Both the position numbers and the translations under genes were made by a program. The notes beneath the pieces were generated by a model. It was not told the origin of the DNA. It worked only from the letters and a program-made list of their open reading frames with translations, and searched no databases. Positions 23,572 through 36,237 of a DNA stretch of 64,000 nt are shown here, in pieces (position 1 is the first letter of the stretch; each line of letters opens with the position of its first letter). Source of the stretch: Podarcis tiliguerta (lineage: Eukaryota); assembly GCA_965153285.1 (NCBI GenBank), contig OZ229123.1, one strand, 5' to 3'.

Positions 23572-25183
23572 GTGAGTTTGTGTCTTCTAATTACTACAGC
23601 TGGGGGGAATGCCGTAAAATTAAATTGGAAATTTTATAACTTGCAACGCTCTGGTAGCCGTCAGTGAAATATTATTGCAAGTTTTAAGAGCTTCACAGAT
23701 TAAGTGACTAGTTAAGACTGTTGGAAATATCCTGGTTTAGCTTTGCAGGCTGAAAGTTGAGCTGAGCTCAGCCCTTCTCCACTGGTCCCTGCCCAACGCC
23801 TGGCCTCATCTAGATCTCTGAACTTAAAGAGATTTATAATGCAATGGAAAACAAAGTACTCAGAATGCCTTCTGCTGCTCAGAGCTTCCTTCTCTGCAGC
23901 TGCGCAGACAGTGGGTCCCCTACCTCCCTCCTCTCTAGCTTTTTATTGTGGCAAAATCCAATTTAAGACTCTCTTTTTTCCCCTTGGATCGTTTAATGTC
24001 TTTAATTGAGGGGTGTTGGATATCTTGGTTGTTTTGAACCCATCTAGTTGGTTTTAATTCTCTAGAGTTCACTCTGAAAGGAAACTGCCACCCCCACCCC
24101 ATTCTTCTGCCCCTCCAACTACTGTACCCTTGCATTGTCGAAGACCTTTTGATAATGCTGCAATGCAGTAAAGCTCATTTATGGCAGGGTGCGTTTGGAT
24201 GCTCCTTGGATCATCTTCAACTCACCGAGCCTCAGCTGTAAGTTGGTGATCTTGGCTATATCATCAACTACAGTCATTTGTCCCTTCCCCGTTTTGTTTG
24301 TTTGTTTTTAATATTAAAAAACCCTTTCACTGCAAGATCACTGCTGCTGGGTAATTATTTGTACTATAAAACTATGATGCCGCACCATACGAGAACAGTA
24401 ATCGCAACATGAAAATTTGTTGGCTCTTAAATTTTGACCTATTATAAACATATTCTTTCAGTTCAGCCAATCCATGCTTTTCATACAGTTAAGTCATTCC
24501 CTTAGTTCAGTCCAAACAGCCTCCAGTTTATCAGCCTCAGTCTCGCAAAGCATTTCGGTGCACAGTGACCTTAAGGATGTTACCGACACCAGTGGGCTTC
24601 TCGCCATCATAAAAGTAGGCGCAAAAGTCTATGTTCACATGTATATATATTTGTAGGACAAAGGGTGAATGTTGAATACCTTGCACAAGCGGGACGTGGA
24701 TTCTTTGTAATACAGGCACAGTCCATTGTACTGAAGTTTTAATTGCATATTTCAATCGGGCGTACTTAAGGGTGAGAATTGTGGAGGTGGGCAGCAGTCT
24801 TCAGCTCCATATATGGAAATACATCATTAGCAGTTAATCTGCTGCACAGAGGCCCACAAAGTAAGAGGTTTGAAAAGCAGATAGACCCAGTTTTCTTTGA
24901 AGCTGGGGGTGGGGGTGGAATCCGTAAAACCTAGCAGCTAGTTCTGCATGCCTGAAAGGACTTTGGGCATGGATTTCTCAGACAACAGCCCCTGATGCCA
25001 CAGGAAAAAGGACTTTGGAAAGTTTGGAAACTTTCAAAGGTGCGTTGTGATATGAGGGCTGATTTTCTAAAGAAAAATGTAAAACAACGACGCAGAAGGT
25101 TATAGTATCCAGCTAAGTCACCCACTCAGATCAGCAGACTTATGTCATGCATGACTGCGGCCATGACAGGGGGATGTTTAGAC

Positions 25184-25508
25184 CAGGGGTGGCAAGGTTA
25201 ACCTTGCCTGGGCTGGTTCACTCGAGCAGAGATCTCTCTGTGGGCTGGATCGCGAGCACACATGAGTGCGTGTGCCAGCGATTTCCGGCGTCTGCGCAGA
25301 CACAATTTCTGGCATCTGCGCAGACACGATTTCCAGCATCTGCGCATGTTCAGACGCCATTTCCGGTGCCGCGGAAGTGAGTCCCCGCACCACACTGCGC
25401 CGGTTTAGTGCAGCATTTGGGGACTTGCCGAGCGGGCTGCTCTGTTCAGGAGTGGCTCGTGGGCTGGTTAAATGAACCCTGTGGGCTGCTTGTGGCCCAT
25501 GACCCCTG
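25184..25508. mobile_element. CpG-rich non-autonomous hAT element, 325 bp, perfect TSD GTTTAGAC, internal 24-bp repeats
   Basis: TSD at 25176-25183 and 25509-25516; termini CAGGGGT...ACCCCTG; three copies of C(G/A)ATTTC(C/T)(G/A)GC(G/A)TCTGCGCA at ~25279-25350. Confidence 0.9.
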
Positions 25509-27570
25509 GTTTAGACTTTATGACATTAAGCTCTTCCCTGTGCAGTTCTAAGGTTTAAATGGGTAGGAGTTGGAGATGAGCTTGTGCACAACTTCCATTT
25601 ATTCCTTCTAAACTCTGAGGGCTGGTCACTCCTCTGAGGAAGACCTCATGGCCATGGCCATTGCATGCACACACACATGCAGACAGGCGGGCAGACACAC
25701 TCACACTCACGCACATTCAGGCAGCTGGCAAACACACTCACACTCAGTTGGTAGTTGGGAGGGGCAGCATACAGATAGGCAGACACACACATGCTTAGTA
25801 GACCAGTGGGGAAAAGCAGGCACGGAGATGTATGCACACACCTTAATGCAGACAGGTGAACAGCAGACTTTCCAGCATTTTTGCTCCCCATGGCAGCCCT
25901 GAGGAAGGAGGCTGTTCTCCTGCCCTTACACTATAATGTGTGGGGATGGTGACAGCAAATCAATTCAAGGCTCTTTCTATGTTGCAAAGGAGCCTCTTCT
26001 CTATCAAGTGCAGTGTTATTGCAAGGTCTTAGGGGTTCTGAAAAAGAAAGTTTCGTCTTGTTCTCTGAGCGCTAAGACACACCAATGGGAGAAAGGGTGC
26101 CCCTTTGCAGGGCAAATAGAGGCAAAGGTGCCCATTTTTTTTTGAGAACTGATAGGGCCCCTACAGCACCATATCAGGAACATGATAGCACCACAGCAGG
26201 GGACAACTCCAGACTTTGAAATAATTTTTTAATTCCAAATTATGGGAAACTTAGCCAACAAAAAAGTCTTGGCATGGTGGATCTGGGCTACGGGTTACCC
26301 ACCCCTGCTCTGAAAGGAAGTTTTAGAAGAGATGAGTCTCTTCTGTGGACAGCGGGATTCCTATATGCTAGATTCATAGATCAAAGTTTTAAAAATCTAG
26401 TAAAGTCTTAGGGCTCTTCTCACATTATGTAGAGACAATCTGCGCTTGCCAATTCAGCTCACCATTAAGAGGAAACTGCAGCTCAGCACCGTTCCTTGAT
26501 AAATGTGGTGGCACATACAGACACCCCCCCCCCCCACACACACACATTTGCAAGCGATCGACTCACATGCTTCTATGTATACGCATGGCATCAGAAAATA
26601 ATTAAGTAATGCAATACTAACATGAAATGGCAGGAGAGAGCTGGGAGGTCCTCGTGGCTCGCGAGGAGAACCTCCCCAGAACCCAAAGTCCAGAAAAAAA
26701 AGACTCCAAAATGGCACACGGGAACTCTTGGTGCTGCTGCGCTACTCCTCTCAACAGCTGTTGGGTGGGAAGCTGTATTGCAGTGGGCTCCCCTCTAACA
26801 CACATTTCTGTGCAGGGGCCCAGAATGTAACCCCCCTGCGTAAGTGGGAAGTCTCCTGTATTTGCAAGCACAATATTTGTGCCCTTCACATGTCACATTT
26901 TCTTATGTGTACAGAAATCTGTAACGTGTACAGAAATCTGTAACATGCGAAGCAGCCATGACTTGTATCTTCCAATGTGTTTCTAAGTAGTTGTCCTCCT
27001 TCTGTATTTGACCAGGATTGTAATTACAATAAGGACTTTGTGAGGCTAATGAAAAGGTGTTTATCCCACTGAACACCATGTGATCTGCAGAGGTGTTTTG
27101 TAACTTGAGAGTGTTTTGTTCTGAAAGAACCATTTAAGATGCTGCTCCTCATAAAGTGAAATATTGCCCAGCTGTGGGAGTGGGTCTTCTTCATTTTTTT
27201 GTATTGATTTCTCCCCCCTGACGCAGTAGAGTCAACCCGTGCCAGAAGTGTTGAGATGAATCACCGTTATCCAAAGGCCGCAAGCCTCTCTTCCAAGTGA
27301 CAGAAGGAGAATTCCGTGTGGATCAAATAAATACAGATGTGTAGTAATTAGTTCTATTCCCAGCGAGCCCATTTCCGACACACTAAAGATGTGAGCGATT
27401 ATGGAGCCTCACCCCAACAGCTTTTATCAATTTAAACTGCTACGCTACAGGATAGGTCATAACCCAGCCTGCTATTAATAATGTATTTATTGCACTCAAC
27501 ATTATAAATTAGCTCCGCGGAAGAAAGCGAAGGAGCACCTCTTAACGAGACTAATGTGATCTTCATACAG

Positions 27571-27843
27571 AACCGCCCCATGTCCCTGGCTACCTTCTTG
27601 AAGTACAGCCCCAAGACCATCAAAAGGATCAAGAAGCTGATCCAGGGCACAGAGGCCTACATTGTCGGAGGGCTTCTAAGCCAAGATGACCTGGCAGTGG
27701 CTGATGAGCTGGATGTGCCCATTTTAGGTCCCACCCCGGAAGTAGCTCAGCTCTACAGTTCCAAGTCAGGAAGCAAAAGGGTGTTTGCAGCTGCTTGTGT
27801 GCCAGTACCCCCAGGGCATTATGACATCTACAGCAGGCAGCAG
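27571..27843 (+). CDS. IQCH: IQCH exon ([24 protein letters not shown]...[38 protein letters not shown]), 273 nt, phase 0->0
   Basis: Acceptor cttcatacAG at 27569-27570; donor CAG|GTAAGA at 27844. Strong IQCH peptide match. Confidence 0.96.
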
Positions 27844-28062
27844 GTAAGACTGGTGGCAGTTTTGGTGACTGGGAGAACCTGGACCATTCAAACATCTGGT
27901 TGTCCCCAGTCAAATCTTACTTTGAAGGTGAAGTCTTCACGCACACCAAGGGATCATAAGGACTGAGTCCTGGAAACTGTTTTCAGTGCCAGGGACCAGC
28001 CCTAGGATTTATGAGTGGGATATTAATGTCTTTGCCAGTGAGCTTTATTTTATTTATTATTC

Positions 28063-28112
28063 CATTATCTTATCATATCATCTTATCTTATCTTACCCTA
28101 CCCTACCCTATT
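28063..28112. repeat. Compound pentanucleotide repeat (TTATC)n/(CCCTA)n
   Basis: ttatcttatcatatcatcttatcttatcttaccctaccctacccta. Confidence 0.8.
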
Positions 28113-28205
28113 CATTTATATCCCACCTTTCCTCTTTGGAGCTCAGGGTAGCATAAATGGTTCTCCCCCTCCCTATTTTATTCTCACAACTGCCATGTGA
28201 GGTAG

Positions 28206-28248
<43 letters not shown>

Positions 28249-28460
28249 GTTTATTTATTACCTGCCCTTCACCGTAAGATTACACTGAGAAACCCATGGT
28301 CACCCATTGAACTTCATGACTGAGTGGAGGTTTGAACCCCTGGTCTCTTAGATCCTAGTTTGACACTTTAACCACTGCACCGCATTGCCTCCTTATGGCT
28401 GAATGGAGATTTGAACTCTGGTTTTGCTGGCCCACATCCAACCGTTGATCCATTACAACC
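28113..28460 (-). mobile_element. MIR/CORE-like squamate SINE (minus strand), with an internal (ATCT)n at 28208-28248 and a partly duplicated head
   Basis: tttatatcccacctttcctc..ttttattctcacaac..gtgaggtag..ggtcaccca..cttcatgactgagtggaggtttgaaccc..ttaaccactgcacc; the same family occurs on the + strand at 56435-56617. Confidence 0.7.
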
Positions 28461-29522
28461 TGTGAACCTCTTGCACGACTTCAATGAGACCAGTCTGGTT
28501 TGTGAATTAGAGCCTGGCACCTTTTTTGTTGCTGAACACATTTATTTGGAAGTCAGTTCTTTTGAAATTCACGGGACATTCTTTCAAGTATCTGTGCTTA
28601 GGATTGAGGTGGTTGTTGCCAATTGCTAGTGTTAGCATCAGCATCAGTCTGCACAACAGCTCTCAATAAATTTCCTGAACTGTGCCCCAGCTCATACATA
28701 TGAATAGGGTTGTGCTAACCAATTAAAAGATAAGTGCCGGGGGGGGCAGCTCCACGTAACTAACCAGATGTTTGAGGCAATTGCATGTGCAATTCCTCAA
28801 CCTGCATGTGGGGAAGCTGCTTCAACCGAAACTGCTTCCACCATGCAGCTGCCTCCATATGGTACCATTTTGATCAGTTTCCACAACATAGCTTGCATTT
28901 GCTAACTGGGCCTCCAAAGAAAAGGTGCAGCCACTAAGAAGGCTTGCTCGCTTGCAGCCCCCATGTATTGAACCTCCTTCCCATTTTCTAGGGGAGAATT
29001 TCCCAGATGCCATGGCCAGGTTGGGCCGTGTACAGCCATAGCTGAATTCAGTTATGGTTTGATTCAGGCTCAAACTGAAAGCAGGAGCCTGAAGTGCAGC
29101 AGAGAGCTTATGCTCTGTTGAACAGGCAATGCTAGATGAAAAGGATCTGAGCATTTTATGCCAGCCGCCAGGCATACTCCTGCCTGTCAGTCTCGGAGAT
29201 CAATGTTGCATATTCATCTTCTGTTTATAATTTGATGCATGTCAATTATCCCCGGACTAAAATATTTCCAAGATTTTGCATTGGTGGTGACAAGATTATT
29301 GGGTCGGGTCAGGTCTATGGCCCTATCTAGCAGTCAAGGGCAAGACAATGTCTTGGGATGTAGGAATACTCCCAGAATTCACCTGCGTTCACACCAATTA
29401 GCAAAGCCAAGTTAGCAAAGAGCTAAAGACAATGGGAACTCGGTAAATGCATACTGATGGAGCATATGAGTGTTCTGGGGCATCAACCATGATTGCTAAA
29501 TAATTGCAAGTGAACCATGCAT

Positions 29523-29649
29523 CAGGGATGGAGAACTTGTGGCTCTCCAGCTGTTGATGAACTACAGCTCGTGCCAGCATGGCCAGTGGTCAGGGGCAAT
29601 GGGAGCCATAGTCCAACAACCTCTGGTGACCACAGGCTTTCCATCCCTG
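29523..29649. mobile_element. hAT MITE, 127 bp
   Basis: TIRs CAGGGATGG / CCATCCCTG; degenerate TSD CCATGCAT/TTATGCAT. Confidence 0.82.
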
Positions 29650-31348
29650 TTATGCATGAATGCAAATTGCACCACCAAATTACTTGACAAACATGGATCA
29701 AATCTGATGCAAGCCATTGTTCTTTAATGGGGGGCCAGTTCATGGTGGCTTCCAAGTCTTGAAACACTCAGGAGTATCAGTAGCTATGAAAATTTATTTC
29801 AGCACTCCTAATTTGGTTCATGTAAACGTTCCCTGGACAGTTCTGAACACAGAAAGCTCCTTGGAAACAAGAACACTGCCTCTTTGTGTTGCAATTTGAA
29901 AATCGCACCCTGTTTTATATCTTCCAAGGGCAAGAATCAATAGTTCTTTGCTTGTCATTGATATGAATCATTATGATTTTGGGGAGGTTGTGATTACTCT
30001 TTGATTTATGAATGCTGCTGGTTTTCAGAAGAGCCATTTTAAACAATGGCTTGTAAATAACGAAAGATAACCAAATCTATTGCAGGCAGAGCACATCACC
30101 AGTGCTCAGAATGAGGCAATAATACCTTTTCTGAACTAACTGTTTCCTTCATCTTAGTGCTGACTTAAGGTATCTGAGATACACATCAAATCTATTTGGT
30201 ATACACTAAACACACACACACACTCTCTAAGGAAACATAGAGGTGTGAAAAGCAGGACTGATCCGCTCAGAGAGGAGGATGTGTAGGCTCAGGTTGGGGT
30301 AGAACGACAGGGCAATAAACAAGGCAGAGCCAAGGATGAGCAACCAAGACAGGAAATGAAGCTGGAATTGGCTTGTCAACACTTAGAGGGACAAGTGCTC
30401 AAAGAGGTTGCATTAGCACCCTCATTGGGTGGGACATTGATGGCAGGTGGGGTACAATTCGTACCAGAATTGTAAGAATTCAGTTTGCTTACAGAGAAAA
30501 CACCTGCACACTGACCATTTCATGGGGTCAGAGATCCTCAACAGAATGGCTGCATCCCTTAACCATGCGCTAAATGCAGAAGCAGATGGCAGAAGGTCAA
30601 CTCGTAGCCAAAATGAACCACAACATTACAAATCTCACAGGCTTAGACTTGCCCCAAGTGTTGGCTTTAATATTGCTTCTCTATAAATGGTACCCTCCAA
30701 ACCATCGTACACATTAGCTCTCCTTTCAATTTGTTTCAGATTGTTTTTGTTACAGCAGGAAATATTGATGCGAGGCGTTAAATAATCAAAGGAAGATGAC
30801 AATAATTTAAGGCACAGTTCAATTTTCACTTAAAGAGACCTCATAACTCTTTCCGTTGGTGCAATCTTTACAATACTATCGATCCATTTCATTTCTGTAG
30901 GGGAGTCGTCAACAGAAAACCCATTTATTGGGCTTTCAAAAGCAACAAATAACGGGACACAGAGCAAACAAATAATAATTCCATTTGTGATTGAAGTTCA
31001 AATAATAAAAAGTGCTTTGGAATTGCTGTTGTAACAAATACTTCCTGAGCCATTCTATTCCTCAGTTACAGTCAAACCCACCAACAATGAAGCCTCAAGA
31101 TAGAAAAGGGTATTTTTAGAACCATCTGGTTTAAAAAAGGATAAATAATATAAAGCTCAAGTACAGTCTTCGTTGTCATTACACATACAGTGTTTTGTGG
31201 GCTTTTCCTCCCTGCTCAAACTTGTCCCTGTAGTCTCACCTGAGTCTTATACATCTGTAAGAAAATGTGGCAATCAGTTTCAGGTGGAGAGTGGCTAAGA
31301 TGACATCCATTTTGATTTAACTGAAAACCTTGTGTGTGTGTTTCCTAG

Positions 31349-31540
31349 ATGCTTGAAGTCATCAGTCAGCTGATAATTGACTACCCAGAAGTGAAACGCT
31401 GGGTGTTCAAAGTGGACAGCGACTTTGAGGGAAATGGCACAGCATTCTGTGACATCTCCGAGCACCTCAAATGCTACCCCTGGCTTCAGAGGGAGATTCG
31501 TAGATACGGCCCTGAGATATGGAAGTTGCAGTGGGCACAA
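31349..31540 (+). CDS. IQCH: IQCH exon ([36 protein letters not shown]...KLQWAQ), 192 nt, phase 0->0
   Basis: Acceptor tttcctAG at 31347-31348; donor CAA|GTAAGT at 31541. Matches recalled [20 protein letters not shown]. Confidence 0.96.
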
Positions 31541-32429
31541 GTAAGTCCATCAGTCATTTTCAGGTGTCTTTCATTTTTGATGTTTACCCAGTGCCTCCTG
31601 GAGTTCATAATTTATGTGCAATAGGAGAAGCTGAGCTATTTTGAAGGTGTCAACATAGCCTCAGAAGGTAGAGGTACCTGGCACATTGCAGGTCTTAGGA
31701 GTTCCAAGGGGAGAGAGGCACCTAAACTGTCCTGTATGAAATAGGGAACACTTGTTAAAAATTCATTGCCAGTTAATTTGGGGGCATAGTTGCTTAGGAC
31801 TTTAAAGGTAAAAGCTGGCATTGACAAGTTAGTTTTTATCTTAGTAAAATCTTCACTGGGATCATCTCAGTGTAGTATGTATTGTAACATGCCTTTGGGA
31901 CAGCATGGAGGAGAAATCTACATAAGACCAATCATTATTCGTTTTATCAAAGACACCCATAATTTACCTTCCTTCCCATCTGTTCTCTTAACTGAAGCAC
32001 CTTAACCCATTTTATATTCTCTTCATGAGAAAAGCATCCCATTCTAGCCATGAACCACACTGTGCAGTCACTGCCGTACTTTCACATTCTCTTTCTTTGG
32101 ATTAGTGGCTGTTGCTACACTCCAGATTGTCTCTGCAAAGCACATTTTCATTAGGCTTACCCCACCTTGTGTATATCTGGGGTGTTGCAGTGGTTTTCAT
32201 ACTCTTGGCTTCTTGAAACTAATCAGGCTTTAGAAGTTCTTTCTCTTCTGCGCTTTCTTCTAGCCAAGCTTGGGCCAGAATAATCTCTTGCATATTCACA
32301 CATAAAAACACAAGAACATAAAAGGAATTTGCTGGATCAGCCCAATGGCCCATCTATTCCAGCACCTTGTTCGCATGGTGGCAAGCCAGAACTCTCCCTT
32401 TGTGCCATTTTTTATTTAGTCTGGGTGCA

Positions 32430-33180
32430 CTCCTGGAGGCTCAGTAGTTTCCGTGACAAGGAGTGCCTGTTTCCAGCTGTGGCTGGTTTGACAGCTCTGA
32501 TTTCCTCTTGGACAGAGATGACTTGGCCACTGAGCTCCATGCTTTGATAACTTCTAGATTGGATTATTGCAATACTCTCGACATGGGGCTGCCATTGAAG
32601 ATGATTCAGAAGCTTCAACATGTGCAAAATTCAGCAGCCAGATTACTGGCCAGGGTTCCATTTAGAGCTCATGTACTTCCTATTTTGAAACAGCTGCACT
32701 GGTTGCTAATTTAAGGGGCTCACATTGGTGTTTACAGCCATGAACAACTTAGGCTCCAAATATCTGAAAGACCACCGCCTTCACTTATTATGCTTTCAGG
32801 TGTTGAAATCAACAGAGAGGGCCCTCTTGGTGGTTCCATTGCCTTCAGAAGTTTGGGGAATGGTAGCCTAAAAGAGGGCCTTCTCTGTGGCAGTCCCTAC
32901 ATTATAGAACTGTATTCTCACAGAGGTGTGTCTAATGTTTTCATCACATAGTTCTGTAGTATGCTGAAGACAACACCTCTTTACCCTAGTCTTTCACAGG
33001 TTTTGGGGGTTTTTTTTGTATTTCTTATGTTTGGGTTAATCAACCTGATGATCCTTTTGCTTCAAATTATTTGTGTTTTTTATAATTGTATACAAACTGT
33101 TTAGCTTCCTTTATTTACTTTTCTTTTTAAATGTTTTGCTGCAACCCACTTTGGGACTTTCTGGTGAAGGGCAGGTGAGA
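32430..33180 (+). mobile_element. Older L2 LINE 3' fragment
   Basis: Encodes [41 protein letters not shown]...[12 protein letters not shown], with downstream frameshifts and stops. Confidence 0.85.
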
Positions 33181-33664
33181 AATCTTACATGTTGGTGTAA
33201 TGAATTGCTTTGCTGAAAACTTATAGCCCCAAACTGAGAAGTCTGTAAACTAAAATCATCCAGTTAAAATCCATTTAGGAACAGAGATGAAACAAAAGTT
33301 AAATAACTTGTTTCACCTTGATCTACACGTCTCTGTGTATGATCAGATGCACTCACAGATCTTTTACAGGCTGTACAGGGGCCCCCATTCATTTCAATGG
33401 GGCAATAATTTGCATCTTAGACTTCCAATTTGATTCCACCATTAGAATGAACGAGGGGTGATTATAGGTAGGGTTAAAACCAAGGTTCCATGCTCATAAT
33501 CTATTGGGCTATGGTGCCAGACAGGTGATTGAGTTACTGCAACCATGATGTGGAGCACTTGAGAGCATGCACATAACGGAAGGTGAGAGGGGTGAGGGTA
33601 CCAAATAAATACTTAGGGCACCAAATTTTGTCCTCACTCAAGGCACCATATTACCAAAGTTACC

Positions 33665-33795
33665 CCTGCTGCTGGATCAGGCTAGTAGCCCATCTAGTTC
33701 TAAGAGTAGCCACGTGGATGCCTGCAAGCAGGACCTTAGTGCAACAGTGTTATCCCCTCCTGTAGTTTCCAAAATTAGTATTCAGAAGCATACTT
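33665..33795 (-). mobile_element. CR1 3' tail fragment (similar pieces at 32312-32390 and 35765-35830)
   Basis: ctgctggatcaggc..gcccatctag..gcaagcaggac..agtattcagaagcatac, the same family as 22361-22738. Confidence 0.6.
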
Positions 33796-34261
33796 GTTGC
33801 AACCTATTCATTTTGGCACTACACCCCAGTGTGAAGACCCTCCACACATCACTTTTTATTGTGCATTTATGACGATTTGTACTCAGATGATGGTTTCAGA
33901 GCAATTATGCACGATCCTCAATAATGTTCATATCATCAAAAGTTTCAGTGTGGTCATACTGCTTTATTTCCAAGCAATGTTGGTCTCCTGCTGAAATCCT
34001 ATAACCTTTTTCTACCACAGTTTGTGTGGGGTTTTTTGGGGGGGGGGTTTGTCCCACTTGTGTTGCTAGACACTGGCAGAGGAAGAGGAGTGGGGGGGGG
34101 GAGCGCACTGCCCCCAGCAGCGTGAGCTCTCCGCCCCCTGGTGCCGATGAAGCTCTGCCACTGTTGCTAGAGTGCTGCCATCAGCAACAAATAATGGAGT
34201 AACATTGGGGAGGCATTGTGGAGCAGCTAATAAAGCTGAATGGTGTGTAGATGATCTAGTA

Positions 34262-34393
34262 CAGGCATCCTCAACCTACAACCTCAACCTGAGACTACAA
34301 TTCCCATCATCCCTGACCACTGGTCCTGCTAGCTAGGGATCATGGGAGTTGTAGGCCAAAAAACATCTGGAGGGCCGAGGTTGAGGAAGCTTG
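34262..34393. mobile_element. hAT MITE, 132 bp, with perfect 8-bp TSD ATCTAGTA
   Basis: TSD at 34254-34261 and 34394-34401; TIRs caggcatcctcaacct / aggttgaggaagcttg. Confidence 0.92.
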
Positions 34394-36035
34394 ATCTAGT
34401 ACAAACACACCACAAATGCACTATTGTTGTGCATCAGTGCCGTGTTGCAGGATATGCCCACACAAAAAACAACAGTCTGGAGTGGGCCTGAGTGCCCTGT
34501 TATGCTGCATTTGACCCATTGGTGTTCTTCCCGTGAAGTGTCACAGTACACATATAATAGGGAGAAAGACTGCAAGCAATTTGGTCAAACTCCTTAACAG
34601 CATCTCCCCTCCCCGTTCCAAATAATATATCACCATTTCTCACCTTTTAGATCTCAGCCCTGGCTTTTCAACAGCACCAGTCTTTCATATTTAGAAACGA
34701 ATTGCAGTCTCCATTGAATGTTTCCACTGAGTGCAGAGGATTAGAATCCTCCTTTGTTACTGAATGCTCTTGTAATGCTCCTGCATTTAGACATCAAAGC
34801 ATTAGTTTATGAGCACAGGCATGCTTTAATGTCCTATTACAGTATGGAGACCTGCTTTCGATAATGAAGACATTGTGTCATCGACTTAAGCTGCCACGTT
34901 ACCAAACATATGCTGGCAGGTTATTAAAAAATTCAGCTTTGTGATGAAAGACTATCCTGCAGGCTAGGAGTACATGGCAAAAGACTCTCCATTCCGGTAG
35001 AGTTATTAGAAACGAGAATATGACTCTAAGCACTAAATTATGTTAATACTTACAAATAGCATCATTTGCATAGCGGTTTATGATACGATCCCAAGGTTTT
35101 TCCTTCATTGGTATGTAGTAGGGCAACCGATTAAACATAATGTGGTTTACCGGAGTTTATACTGAGTGTCTATTCCATGTAAAAATGGAGTCTTAATTGT
35201 TGGATCCTCCAGACCAGGATGTTGACCATTCCATTCAGGACACACAGTCATCACAGTAATTTCCTCTGAAACTTTCTGTGAGTTCAAGAGAAATCCTGAG
35301 GATGTTAGTGGTTTAAGAGCTTATGTGGCAATTTGAATCATCTCCAGTCAAGTCAACACACTCCCCAATGCTTGTGCCCTCAGATCAACACACATAACCA
35401 ACCATTCTAAAGACTTAAGTGTAGGTAAAACACATCAATAATTTTCCTATCAACTACTGGTTGACTAACTTTTAGTTGAGCTATATATCTCCACCCCTTA
35501 AGCTTTCAAGTGGCATTAATGGGATTGCCCATCACAAAACACCTGGACACAAGGAAGGTCATCCCACTCCTTGAAAAAACAACACAAAGCTATAGTCTGG
35601 AAAGCTGTGCATCTTTTGTCACGGAAGATGTTTTGAGAAGAACTAGGAGCTGAAGAAACTGGCACTCCACCAGCAAATGTTTGAAAGAAGCAGCGAGGTG
35701 TGTGCGATGGCCATCACTTTCATGCCCTGCTTGTGATGTTCCAAAGGGTCCATTGGACCATCTGCTTCTGGAAACAGAATGTTGACCAGGTAGACCCTGG
35801 GCTCAGATCCAGCAAGACATTTCTTATGGGTTTTTTATGGTGTTGAAAGTGCTTGTTATTTCATTATCAGGACCTAGATCATTAAAATATGCCTTGCAAA
35901 CCTTTGTTTGACCACTTTTCAGGAATATGAGAGTTTCAGTGTTTGCATGCAACTACTCCACCCCTCAAGGGTAACTTCATTAAATTAAAGGCAAGAAGCA
36001 AACAACTGTGTGGTCCTACCCAACTCCCTGTGCTA

Positions 36036-36237
36036 GGGGAAGGGTTGCAACTCAGTGGTAGCAGTAGAGCATCTGCTTTGCATGCAGATGGTTCCAGCTT
36101 CAATCCCCAGCATCTCCAGGTAGGACTGGGAGAGAATCCCTCTCTGAAATCCTGGCCAGCCACTGCAAGCCATTGTAGAGTTCTGAGCTAGATGGACCAA
36201 TGGTCTGACTCAGTGTAAGGCTGCTTGCCATGTTCCT
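36036..36237 (+). mobile_element. tRNA-Ala-like SINE with CR1-type tail (copy 1 of 3)
   Basis: Head ctcagtggtag..agagcatctgctttgcatgcag..ttcaatccccagcatctcca; tail gagctagatggaccaatggtctgactcagtgtaaggc. Confidence 0.85.

Noticed and set aside
25147-25395. Repeat-peptide ORFs (RFPASAQT units)
   Set aside because: Produced by the 24-bp internal repeats of a TIR/TSD-bounded hAT element.
36036-36120. tRNA-Ala gene (also 54832 and 59501) and tRNA-Lys gene (15509)
   Set aside because: Stems are disrupted and each continues into a shared LINE-derived tail, so these are SINE heads, not tRNA genes.
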